A DNA stretch of 64,000 nucleotides from Octopus bimaculoides (GCF_001194135.2 NC_069001.1:37709802-37773801); one strand, 5' to 3'; counted from the stretch's first letter, positions 1 to 10,816 are shown. Notes: generated by a model from the letters alone, not told the origin. A program made the numbers and translations.

Positions 1-370
1 TTTTCAGAATATCTTATGTGGAAAAAAGTGGTTTTTATTTGAGATCTATCTTCAATATTCATCATTTAAAGACTAAAAATGGATGTTCAAGAAAACAGAT
101 GTACCCTTGTTTGTATCAATCTCAGATAAAATTTCTGGGAAATATTTCCTATGAATAGAGAACACTGACAAAATTTCCTTAATTCACTGGGTACAAGATG
201 ATGTTTGCATTGTAATTAATTTTGGATTACAAAAGCGTTTCCAGTATTTCCAAATAAAGACAAAGATCACACTTGATAGAGATGTTGGAGAAGAAGTATT
301 TATTAGGGATAAAGTTATAAAGATCAAAAGAAGACTAACATCTGTATGTTGTGTGGGAGAGAAGGAAAAA

Positions 371-1999
371 ATGATGGAAAATGAATTCTGTGAGAAGAAG
401 ATTAAAGTTGAAGCACAACCTGAAAGGATTGATTTTATTGATAATATAAAGAAAGAGAAAGAAAAAACTCTATACCATTGTAATATATGTGGCAAATCAT
501 TCTCTAGGAAAGACAGCCTAACTACTCACAAAGATATTCATACAGGAGAGAAACCACATCACTGTGATGTCTGTGGTAAATCATTCTCAGCTATTGGTTC
601 CTTAAATACTCACAAACGAATTCACACAGGAGAGAAACCATATCTCTGTAATATCTGTGGTAAATCATTCTCTCAAATAGGTCACTTAATTACACACAAG
701 CGCATTCATACAGGAGAGAAGCCATACCACTGTGATATCTGTGGTAAATCGTTCTCTGAAAAGGGTGTCCTAAAAAAACACAAACACATTCATACAGGAG
801 ATAAACCTTATCTCTGTGACATCTGTGGGAAATCGTTCTCTCAACAAGGGATCTTAACTAAACACAAACGCACTCATACAGGAGAGAAACCATATCACTG
901 TGACATATGTGGTAAATCATTCTCTGCAAGTGGTAACTTAATTAAACACAAACATATTCATATAAGAGATAAACCTTATCATTGTGATGTCTGTGATAAA
1001 TCATTCTCTCAGAGACATTCCTTAACTGCTCACATATGTATTCATACAGGAAAGAAACCATTTGACAGTGATATCCATGGTAAATTATTCAATGAAACTA
1101 GTCACTTAAGTAAACACAAGAGTCTTCAGACAGCAGAAAAGCCATATGACTGTGATATCTGTGGTAAATCATTCTCTCTAAGTAGTAACTTAACTACACA
1201 CAAACACATTCATACAGGAGAAAAACCACATCCCTGTGACATTTGTGGTAAAACATTCTCTCAGAGTGGTAACTTAGTTATACACAAACGTATGCATACA
1301 GGAGAGAAGCCATATCCTTGTGATATCTGTGGTAAGTCATTCCCTCTAAGTGTTAATTTAACCACACACAAACGCATTCATACAGGACACGAACCATATC
1401 ATTGTGACATATGTGGTAAATCATTTTCTGCAAATGGTAACTTAATTAAACACAAACATATTCATATAGGAGATAAACCTTATCATTGTGACATCTGTGA
1501 TAAATCATTCTCTCAGAGACATTCCTTAACTGCTCACATATGTATTCATACAGGAAAGAAGCCATTTAACAGTGATATCCATGGTAAATTATTCAATGAA
1601 ACTAGTCACTTAAGTAAGCACAAAAGTCTTCAGACAGCAGAAAAGCCATATCACTGTGATATCTGTGGTAAGTCATTCTCTCAAAGTGGTAACTTAACTA
1701 CACACAAACACATTCATACAGGAGAAAAACCATATCCTTGTGACATTTGTGGCAAATCATTCTCTCAAAGTGGTAATTTGGTTATACACAAACGTATGCA
1801 TACAGGAGAGAAGCCATATCCTTGTGATATCTGTGGTAAGTCATTCTCTCTAAGAGGTAACTTGACCACACACAAACGCATTCATTCAGGAGAGAAACCA
1901 TATCACTGTGACACATGTGGTAAATCATTTTCTGCAAACGGTAACTTAATTACACACAAACATATTCATATAGGAGAGAGAGAAACCATACCACTGTAA
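371..1999 (+). CDS. C2H2 zinc-finger protein, 18 fingers (2 degenerate)
   Basis: Repeated CxxC-X12-HxxxH units with TGEKPY linkers. The ORF track starts at GTG 353; the first ATG is at 371. Acceptor ttttcag|aatatc at 1-7. Confidence 0.93.
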   Translation: MMENEFCEKKIKVEAQPERIDFIDNIKKEKEKTLYHCNICGKSFSRKDSLTTHKDIHTGEKPHHCDVCGKSFSAIGSLNTHKRIHTGEKPYLCNICGKSFSQIGHLITHKRIHTGEKPYHCDICGKSFSEKGVLKKHKHIHTGDKPYLCDICGKSFSQQGILTKHKRTHTGEKPYHCDICGKSFSASGNLIKHKHIHIRDKPYHCDVCDKSFSQRHSLTAHICIHTGKKPFDSDIHGKLFNETSHLSKHKSLQTAEKPYDCDICGKSFSLSSNLTTHKHIHTGEKPHPCDICGKTFSQSGNLVIHKRMHTGEKPYPCDICGKSFPLSVNLTTHKRIHTGHEPYHCDICGKSFSANGNLIKHKHIHIGDKPYHCDICDKSFSQRHSLTAHICIHTGKKPFNSDIHGKLFNETSHLSKHKSLQTAEKPYHCDICGKSFSQSGNLTTHKHIHTGEKPYPCDICGKSFSQSGNLVIHKRMHTGEKPYPCDICGKSFSLRGNLTTHKRIHSGEKPYHCDTCGKSFSANGNLITHKHIHIGERETIPL

Positions 2000-2895
2000 T
2001 AGTTGTAAATCATTCTCTGATAAAAAGATACTTAACTAAACCTGTAGCTATTCAAACAGATCATCAACTGTAACAATATTAAAATTCAGCTTGTGCTAAA
2101 TACAACGATGCATGTGTGCAATTAAAATTTTATTCATTACATTAATTATTTTGTTTTTGTTATTATAATGTTCTGAACGTTGACAGTTTACTGCAGTAAT
2201 TGAGTGGTTTTATCAGTTTAAAGCTTGTGTACCACATATTGGAAAATATCAAAATTGATACTTCCTTAGTATAAATAAATACACAATTGATTTCTAATAT
2301 TGATATAAGAACACATACTTTGGAGAAGTTCAGGGTATATTAAATTCATTTCAGTATTTGACAAGTCTTACTATTCATTGCATGAGATTGCAGCCACATG
2401 CATCATAAGAAAATAGGAGTTGCATGAAGCAGCAGGCAAATGTACCTTGAAGTCCCTACAAAGACATTCCACAGGCTTTGCTGTCTTGATCAGAATTCCT
2501 TGTTGTGGGTCATAGATATAAGGTTTTAATTTAGCACAAACCCTACAAAAAGTGCATTGACTCTAAAAAACTGGGACGTTGTTTACTCAAACAAACTACA
2601 GTAACTGGTTATTCCAGAATTACAGAGACAATTGTGCATTTGCGAAATATAGAAGCAAAGGAATCTGAACAGGTGTGTACCTGAGTAAATTGGTCAAAGA
2701 CCCCCTTTTTCTTTATTATCAAAACTGTATTTCACTAGTGAATGACAAGTTTTATGTGTGGAATAAGTTGTCGTTTGTTTCAGTGAGATGTACAGGTATG
2801 TATGCACGTACGTATGTATGTCTCTGATACAGAAGTGCAAAGGTGAGCAGGAACGAGAAAAAAATCTATGTACCAGAATGGATAAGTGAATGTTG

Positions 2896-3452
2896 AGGTG
2901 GTTTGAAATTATTTGCAAAATTTCTCTACTTCACCGTCTGAAATATGTATAAACTTATATTCTGAAGGAATATGCAGCATCTTCAAGTATCAACAAAGAT
3001 TACAGTCGAATGAAATATAGCGGAAGAATTATTTGTTAGGAATAAAAGATATTAATAAACAGAAGGAAAATATGTGAATATTGTAGAGACAGAGAAAAGT
3101 AATGGATGTTAAATTAGATGAGAAACAGGGCCAGTGTGAAACTCTCACTCAAAGTAATTGTGTCCCTGATGATAGAATGAAAAAGAAAGAAAAAGGGTTC
3201 TACCAATGTGATTTCTGTAAGAAGGTATTTGCTCAGAAGTGTTACCTAACTATTCACAAACATATTCATACTGGAGAGAAACCATACCAGTGTGATGTCT
3301 GCGGTAAATCATTTCCTAGAAGAGATAACCTAACAATTCACAAACGAATTTATACAGGAGAAAAACCACATCAGTGTGATATCTGTCGTAAATCATTCTC
3401 TATAAATGGTTCTTTTATCAATCACAAACGCATACATACAATTGGCTCATAA
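2896..3452 (+). pseudogene. Truncated ZNF pseudogene, copy of the 23715-25238 gene (5' UTR, leader, 3 fingers)
   Basis: Leader MDVKLDEKQGQCETLTQ is identical to that gene. Finger 2 has H->Y (HKRIY). Homology stops at 3440 where a SINE begins. Confidence 0.88.
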
Positions 3453-3692
3453 GGGCCGATTTCCCGGTTTCATTGGCGTATAGGTTCCCCACATGGATGG
3501 GACATCGGTCCATCACAGGTGAGCTGTTAGATGCAGGAGGAAAGAGCAGATATTCACCATTACCTTCTGCCAGAGCCGCATGGAGCTCAGGTGTTTCGCC
3601 CATAAACACACACATCGCCTGATCCGAGATTCAAACTCATGATCCTTCGATCGCGAGTCCACTGAGCTAACCACTAGGCTATGTGCCTCCAC
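3441..3692 (-). mobile_element. tRNA-derived SINE
   Basis: Minus strand begins gtggaggcacatagcctagtggttagc...gagtttgaatctcgg (A/B-box-like head). Confidence 0.7.
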
Positions 3693-3749
3693 GATCTTAA
3701 TTGCTATCCAGAATTACACTAGCTGGGATTTATGAGGGAATGGTATGTA

Positions 3750-3834
3750 CCGTGTTTCCCCGAAAATAAACCCTAGTGCGTTTTGGGGTATGCAAAATTA
3801 ATATAAGACCAGGTCTATTTTCGGGGAAACACGG
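3750..3834. mobile_element. Tc2/pogo-like MITE
   Basis: Perfect 19-bp TIR ccgtgtttccccgaaaata / tattttcggggaaacacgg, flanked by TA on both sides. Confidence 0.8.
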
Positions 3835-4129
3835 TATTTAGTACTGGAGTTAAGAAACAAACTACGAGCTACGTAATATCTGCATTATGAGTACGTTTCG
3901 TTTTTTCTGTGTCGAGTTTTATTCTCTGCGTTTATATTTTACTTCCGCTTTTGTTGCGATCTGATTAGAGTCAGTTCCCCCCTGATAAATACGGATTTAG
4001 AAGACAAAATATATAAAGTAGATTACGTTAAAATTGTTAAAACTTGCTAAATAATTCTATTGTTTGATAAACATCGTTATTACTGGATCAGATCTAGTTT
4101 ACAACTGCCATTTAGGGGATCCAGTTAAA

Positions 4130-4620
4130 CATAGATGATTGTTGCTAATGAACTGTGGGAAGAAATAGCAACAACATTCTTTATTATGTCGACGTGGAAA
4201 ATCTAAATGAAGGTTTGTTGTAAAATATAGTTGTGTTGAAGCTGTCATTGTCCAGTCTGAGTTGTGACTACTTGAATCTATCGTGACATCTTCGTCATTG
4301 GCTTTATATTAGTATGTAAGTATTATTAACAGAAACAACATCTACATTGTATAGGTCATGTCTTCTTTCTACTCCATCTGTTTGTTTTGATGTGTTCAAA
4401 GATGAAGTAAAGAAGAAATTTTACTAAAGTAACGATGCTGTCTTAATCCCCATACGATAAGCTGTCACAGATGTAATATATGTTTTTATAGACTTCCTAT
4501 TTCCTGGAAGAAATGTATCTCTTCCTGTTTTTCTGAAATGTTTTACTTTCAATAATTTTTGCATGTCCAGTAATTCAAGTAAGAGGAGGAGAGTTTCAGG
4601 GTATTTGGTCAACAGTGTAC
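4130..4620 (+). promoter_or_regulatory. Conserved ZNF promoter/exon-1/intron module, copy a (donor GT 4316; serves the 6062 gene)
   Basis: gaagctgtcattgtccagtctgagttgtgact...ttcgtcattggc...at|gtaagtatt, shared with 7 other copies. Confidence 0.72.
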
Positions 4621-4912
4621 AGAAGCATTATTTACATTTGACAGATATTTGTCCTCATCTTATTTTTTGTTAACACAACGTTTCGACTGAGGTACCCTCC
4701 AACCTTCATCAGGTGTCTTGGGAAAATTTCGAACCGGGGTTCTCATTCCTAAGGTTTATAGATGTATAAGCCCTAAAATTCACTCCATAATTGCCCACGG
4801 GCATATGGCGTTGTGGTTAAGACCTGAATAATAATAATGATAACATCGAAAAATATCTTAGGAATGAGAACCCAGGTTCTGATGAAGGCTGGAGGGTATA
4901 TCAGCTGTAAAT
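4621..4912. mobile_element. Inverted pair of Penelope-like terminal fragments
   Basis: 4621-4765 (-) and 4825-4912 (+) share cttaggaatgagaacccaggtt...ctgatgaaggctggagggta. Absent from the paralogous intron near 21200. Confidence 0.6.
4672..4717 (-). ncRNA. Minimal type I hammerhead ribozyme (Penelope-associated)
   Basis: Minus strand gacac CUGAUGA a gguugg aggguacc ucaguc GAAAC GUU gugu: core, stem II, palindromic ACGU stem III and stem I (gacac/guguu) are all present. Confidence 0.68.
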
Positions 4913-5303
4913 ATGATTTTATATTCTAATTAATCTTACATTATATAAAAAAAAAGAAGAGTCTAATGGGTGTCACGCAACTGGCACAGGTGCCAGTTGC
5001 GTGACACCAACATCTGCCACAACTATGATTTCACTTCTACTCAAGCACAGCGCATTGCTGAAGGTCTCGGTCATTTGTCATTGCCTCTGTAAATATATGT
5101 GTGTGTGTATATAATTGTGCTCCACACATCCTCTCGCCATACTTGGTCTGCAGGCTGCCATTGATTAATGGAAACCAAAATAAAGTCTTCAAAGAAGAAA
5201 TAAAGTATCTGACATGAAAGAGGAAGTTATGGAAAGGCAGTCACGTTTATCTATTAGGACATTTCACTGTATTAACCAGACGTTGTTAGACATCGCTGCT
5301 TAC

Positions 5304-5514
5304 NNNNNNNNNNNNNNNNNNNNNNNNNNNNNNNNNNNNNNNNNNNNNNNNNNNNNNNNNNNNNNNNNNNNNNNNNNNNNNNNNNNNNNNNNNNNNNNNN
5401 NNNNNNNNNNNNNNNNNNNNNNNNNNNNNNNNNNNNNNNNNNNNNNNNNNNNNNNNNNNNNNNNNNNNNNNNNNNNNNNNNNNNNNNNNNNNNNNNNNNN
5501 NNNNNNNNNNNNNN
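5304..5514. other. Assembly gap
   Basis: Run of N. Confidence 1.
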
Positions 5515-6061
5515 TTTCAGAATATCAGATGACATTGGCATAGTAGAAAGTTTTAAAGACTAAAGGAAAGTCTTATACACAAGAGACATAAACTTGTTTA
5601 TATAAATCTATGCAAGAATTTCTGTGAAATATTTGATCTGAACAGAGACAAGTTTCCAAAATTTCCCTTCTTCGTTCTCTGAAATGTGTACAGTATGATT
5701 TCAAGTTTTAATTAAACTTTGGATTGCAAAACAGTTTGCAGCATATTCCAATATCAACAGAGGTCACAATTGACAGAAACATAACAGAAGAAACATTTGC
5801 GAGGAATAAAATATAAAAGCAAAATTTTTAAATTATTGAAAAAGTTGCAAGACGCAATGAAAATTTTAGAAAAATAAAAAAGAAATAAGTGGAAATTTTA
5901 CCGGTGAGTGTGTTAAATGATAAGGCACTAAAAGAGAATGACTCTTCCCAGACAACAGAATATGCTTCAACACAAGAAATCACATAAAGAATCTTGCAAA
6001 CCAAATCCAAAAATGAAATAAAACTAAAAAAAAACTATTTGTTTCTTGTGGTTGTAAAATT

Positions 6062-7096
6062 ATGGAAGATAAACTATGTGAGACCAAGGCTATATGTGAA
6101 ATACAGTCAAATAATATTGATTTTCCTGGTGGTAAAATGAAGGAGAAAGAAAAGCCATTACACCACTGTGACATCTGTAAAAAATCATTCACAACCAAAA
6201 GTAACTTAACTACTCATAAACTTATTCATACAGGAGAGAAAAAATATAACTGTAATATATGCAAAAAGTCTTTCTCTCGAAAAGGGAATTTAGGTGCTCA
6301 CAAACGTATTCATACAGGAGAAGAACCATATCATTGTGATATCTGTGGTAAATCCTTCTCTGTAAGTAGTAGCTTAACTACTCACAAACGTATTCATACA
6401 GGTGAGGAGCCATATCAGTGTGATATTTGTAAAAAGTCTTTCTCCCAAACAGGTACATTGACTGCTCACAGACGTATTCACACTGGAGAGAAACCATATC
6501 ACTGTGATATCTGTGGTAAATCATTCTCTATTAATAGTCACTTAACTACTCACAAACGTATTCATACAGGGGAGAAACCATATCACTGTGATATCTGTGG
6601 TAAGTTATTTTCTGGAAATAGTTCTTTAAATCTGCACAGACGCATTCACACAGGAGAAATGCCATATCACTGTGAATTCTGCGGGAAATCGTTCTCTGGG
6701 AGTAGTGATTTAACTAGACACAAACGTATTCATACAGGAGAAGAACCATATCGTTGTGATGTATGTGGTAAATCATTCTCTTTAAGTGGTAACTTAAGTA
6801 AACACAAAGTTATTCATTCAGAAGAGAAGTTACATCATTGTGATATCTGTGGTAAATCATTCTTTAGAAGAAATAATGTAACTAGACACAAATATATTCA
6901 TATGAGAGAGAAGCCACACCACTGTGATATCTGTGGTAAGTCATTCTCTGAAAAAAGTTCCTTAAACATACACAAATGTATTCATACAGGAGATAAACGA
7001 TACCAGTGTGATGTCTGTCACAAGTCGTTCACTCAGAAATGTAACCTAACCACTCACAAACGTATTCATTACAAGAGAGAATCTACACCCCTGTGA
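6062..7096 (+). CDS. C2H2 zinc-finger protein, 11 fingers
   Basis: ORF of 344 aa; acceptor tttcag|aatatc at 5520. Confidence 0.93.
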   Translation: MEDKLCETKAICEIQSNNIDFPGGKMKEKEKPLHHCDICKKSFTTKSNLTTHKLIHTGEKKYNCNICKKSFSRKGNLGAHKRIHTGEEPYHCDICGKSFSVSSSLTTHKRIHTGEEPYQCDICKKSFSQTGTLTAHRRIHTGEKPYHCDICGKSFSINSHLTTHKRIHTGEKPYHCDICGKLFSGNSSLNLHRRIHTGEMPYHCEFCGKSFSGSSDLTRHKRIHTGEEPYRCDVCGKSFSLSGNLSKHKVIHSEEKLHHCDICGKSFFRRNNVTRHKYIHMREKPHHCDICGKSFSEKSSLNIHKCIHTGDKRYQCDVCHKSFTQKCNLTTHKRIHYKRESTPL

Positions 7097-7469
7097 AATC
7101 TGACAAATCATTCTTTCAGACTTCTCTGTCCAGGACACACAAACATATTCTTGCAGTAGGGAACTGTGATGTCTATTATAAATCAGTATCTGAAAAAAGC
7201 TGCTTAACTAAATATGTAGTTATTCAAACAGAACACTAACTATCAATTTTAAAATTCACCTTGTAAATACAATTATATGTGTGTACAATTAAAATTGTAT
7301 TCAAATTAATTAGTTCCTTCTTGTTGTTGTTATAATTGTAACGTCCAACCCATGCCAGATGGAAAAACGGACGTTAAATGATGATAATGAAATATTGATT
7401 GTTTACTTTGTTATAATTTAGTGATTTTTATCAATATACGACCAGCATATTGGAAAATATCAATATTGA

Positions 7470-8313
7470 AGGCAACGTAAAAGTGGGATGCGTGGTGGCT
7501 GCTGCATGTCATCAGACAGCAGCAGAAGCGTGCGGACGTCAGCTGCCGCTCCGTTAGTGGGCACAAATACTCGCACAGCAATCCACAGAGCAAACGCCAA
7601 CTGATGGTGGTGGTGGTGGCCATGGCGGAAGAAAGAAACAGGATGGAGAAGACGACGCATTAGCAGCGGGTGTGAGGAGACGGAGTACTTTTTCGAGTGG
7701 TACTCTTTTCTTCCCCCTCTCTTCCTTTCGTCGTCACTCTGCTCTGTTATATGTCTCCGCCGTGCTTCGAGCACGTGGTGGTGGTCATCGAAAGACGAAT
7801 GCAAAGCAGCACAACAATGACAGTCTGATATGGTGAGAGTTAGAGGATTGAACGACGCACTCGTCGGGCAGGAGGTGGGCCATTTCGAAAAGCTTGCTGG
7901 GCAGTGGATTGCTTTGAAAAACGACCCACCACCCAGCTCGCCCTTTCCCGACTCACTGCAACTGCCAACAGTGGCGAAAGACAGCATTTTCATGTCCTGA
8001 CCGCCTCTTGACTGGACGGAGCCCTGCGACGATGGGATCCCAGAGCCACAATGCGCATTCGAGGTGTCGATGTTCACTGAGTCCTTAAAAGAAAGAAATG
8101 AAGGCAAGTGTGGTGCTGGCGAGAGAGTGTGTGCACAGTTGGCAGCATGTGGATGGCTGTCAGAAGATGGGCAATGGCGGCCACCGCATGAGCACTGTCA
8201 GAGGGCCAAGAAGGCGAGGTGGCTTAGCTGCAGCTATGATGATGGATCGGAGTCGAGAACAATAGTGAGAAGGTTACTGATATAAAACTGACAAGCACTC
8301 GCTCGTGATCTGG
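7470..8313 (-). other. rDNA ITS1-derived GC-rich fragment
   Basis: GC-rich tract contiguous with the 18S 3' end on the minus strand. Homology to the paralog flank (near 17700) breaks at 7469. No 5.8S motif seen. Confidence 0.6.
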
Positions 8314-8692
8314 TAAATGATCCTTCCACAGGTTCACCTACAGAAACCTTGTTACAACTTTTATTTCCTCTAAGCGATCGAGTTCGTTCATCTCCGAACT
8401 ATTAGAGAATGCTCCAACAATGGCACAGAACGCTGCCATGCATAAGCGGACTCATCAGGACCTCACCGGATCATTCGATTAGTAGTAGCGATGGGCAGTG
8501 TGTAGAAAGAGCAGGGACGTGGTTGACGTGGGCTGATGTCTTGCACCTATCAAGAATTCTTCGTTCATGGGGTTGGTTCCAGGCCCCGATCCCTATCATG
8601 GGAGGTGGTTCAGAGGTTTCCTGACTTTTTCAGGCCAGGGGAGACATGCCTGCTGAAACCTCCAGGGTAGCATGCATGCAGCCCCCGGACGT
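8314..8692 (-). pseudogene. 18S rRNA 3'-terminal fragment (pseudogene)
   Basis: aatgatccttccacaggttcacctacagaaaccttgttacaacttt and gtagcgatgggcagtgtgtagaaagagcagggacgt match the reverse complement of the universal 18S 3' end, with CpG->CpA/TpG changes. Confidence 0.93.
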
Positions 8693-9650
8693 TTGTGTTA
8701 TTATTTTGGTCCTGTTCTAATTTTGTTAATATCCGGGAACATACATCCACAACTTTGCTTACAGTAAGCCCTTGAACAAAAATTAGACATTTGAACATGT
8801 CTGAGATTAATTCATGAAATTTGAATTTTTCACACTCTGTTAACTCCAGCATAGGTGACAAAATCTTCATCTTTTTTGACCAAATTTAAATATTGCCAGC
8901 AGGTATTGATCAAGGCACTAAAAATTTTCAATAAAATATTTTCATCAAAACAAATCTCCCCTGGTTTCTTTGGTAGAATATAGTTAGTATATTTTTCATG
9001 TTCAGCATGGGATAACTTTCTTAAAAGTAGTTATACATTTTTCTCATCAGACCAATTTTTACATTCTTGTTTGAAGATTTCTTCGTATCTTCAAAAATAT
9101 GTAGAGAAAGTAATCCCTTCTTCTGGTTTATAACTGAATTCTTCAATTGAATTTGCTACGATGTCTGGCAAGTAAGAACCTGCAGTATTTTCAGACTTCT
9201 TCAACAGTAATTCCAGCAACTGTTGGTTTTTGTTGTTGCTGCAACTGCACCATGGAGGCCAATAAGTCTCCCACATTAAAACAATTTTTTCTTTGGTTTC
9301 ATACCAAAAAAAAAAAAATTCTAAACATCCAACACCAACTCCATACAACTCATTACCACTTTTATATTCTGGTGTTGAATAAATAATTTAATGAAGCAGG
9401 GGAAAGAAATATTTACACGACGCAATACAATTAACTATTACACAAAACTCAATACTCTCACTCAACGGCTCACAGTAGATTGCTTCCTCCCAATTGCTCA
9501 CCATTCTTTATTTTATAGCCATGAGTCAGTCCACTTTCAGTCACTTGAGAGTGGTCGGAATCCTTCCACAATAAAAGACTTAAATGAAGAACTAAGAACC
9601 AACAGCTTTTATATAGTAAGGCATCTTATCCATCCTACATCAAATATTTC
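8693..9650 (-). mobile_element. Degenerate Ty3/Gypsy (Mag/K02A2.6-like) gag with probable PBS/LTR remnant
   Basis: Minus-strand peptides FSYKPEEGITFSTYF, LLLRKLSHAEHEKYTNYILPKKP and CEKFKFHELISDMFKCLIFVQGLT...LTKLEQD, with stops and frameshifts. tggtaatgag at 9349-9358 resembles a CpG-decayed TGGCGACGAG PBS. Confidence 0.72.
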
Positions 9651-9699
9651 AATATCAAAACTTAATTTACATATTTTACTATTTCTTTGCTGTCACATT

Positions 9700-9870
9700 T
9701 CGAGGTGCACACATGGTTGTGTAATTAAAAAGTTCACTTGTCAACCATGTGATTCCAGGTTCAGTCCCACTGCAAGTGTCTACGAAAAAGGGTCAACCGA
9801 AACCTTAGGAGTAGATTTGATAAATGGAAACTGAAAGAAGCCTTTCAGATATGTATGTGTATGTTTGTGT
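9700..9870 (+). mobile_element. SINE with ggaaactgaaagaagcc tail; related copies at ~22340-22445(-), 36830-36945(-), 46845-47012(-), 47280-47440(-), 58740-58800(+)
   Basis: tRNA-like head (ggttcagtccc) and shared tail followed by (TG/TA)n. Confidence 0.6.
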
Positions 9871-10013
9871 TTTGCTTTGTCTTGTGACACTGTCAAGCAA
9901 GCAATGTAATTTGTTTCCAGTCTTCCGTGAAGACATGTTTGGACAAGGTAAAATATTTCATCAAAAATAATGCACAGAGTATATTCTTATATTTAAACCT
10001 TTGGGGGTGGGGG

Positions 10014-10268
10014 GGAGTAAAGATTTTCGCCAATATAACATGGCAGTCCTGGTTTAGGATGAATGTTGCTGTAATTTAGCCCCAGGAGACAGCGTCTCCA
10101 GCTGGCTATATGACATGATCTGTGTCCTAGATTCCCTATGTTTGAAAATATAAGGACACAGATCGTGTCGTATAGCCAGCTGGAGACGATGTCTCCTGGG
10201 GCTAAATTACAGCAACATTCATCCTAAACCAGGACTGCCATGTTATGTTGGCAAACAATCTTTACTCC
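10014..10268. repeat. Long inverted repeat, ~115-bp arms, 24-nt spacer
   Basis: 10014-10128 is the reverse complement of 10153-10268 with about 6 differences. Confidence 0.92.
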
Positions 10269-10386
10269 AAAGTATTGTTGCTGAATATCTCTCGTTGTGA
10301 GATTTAAAAATAGTAATTTTCTTTTCTTTTTTTAAAAATATTTTTAGCATCATACTCTTTACAAACCAAAGTCCCAACCTGGAACC

Positions 10387-10816
10387 NNNNNNNNNNNNNN
10401 NNNNNNNNNNNNNNNNNNNNNNNNNNNNNNNNNNNNNNNNNNNNNNNNNNNNNNNNNNNNNNNNNNNNNNNNNNNNNNNNNNNNNNNNNNNNNNNNNNNN
10501 NNNNNNNNNNNNNNNNNNNNNNNNNNNNNNNNNNNNNNNNNNNNNNNNNNNNNNNNNNNNNNNNNNNNNNNNNNNNNNNNNNNNNNNNNNNNNNNNNNNN
10601 NNNNNNNNNNNNNNNNNNNNNNNNNNNNNNNNNNNNNNNNNNNNNNNNNNNNNNNNNNNNNNNNNNNNNNNNNNNNNNNNNNNNNNNNNNNNNNNNNNNN
10701 NNNNNNNNNNNNNNNNNNNNNNNNNNNNNNNNNNNNNNNNNNNNNNNNNNNNNNNNNNNNNNNNNNNNNNNNNNNNNNNNNNNNNNNNNNNNNNNNNNNN
10801 NNNNNNNNNNNNNNNN
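10387..10816. other. Assembly gap
   Basis: Run of N. Confidence 1.

Noticed and set aside
155-370. Long open frame upstream of the ATG in gene 1 (also 39582 and 53312 extensions) suggesting an extra N-terminal domain
   Set aside because: The homologous UTR segment is read in different frames, or has stops, in the paralogs, so there is no conserved coding frame. The ORF track starts are GTG/TTG.
7460-8624. ORFs of 215, 73 and 71 aa
   Set aside because: They lie in GC-rich ITS1/18S-derived DNA, where spurious ORFs are expected.
8314-8692. Functional rRNA locus
   Set aside because: Only the 3' ~380 nt is present, invariant positions are mutated, and no 5.8S or 28S was seen.
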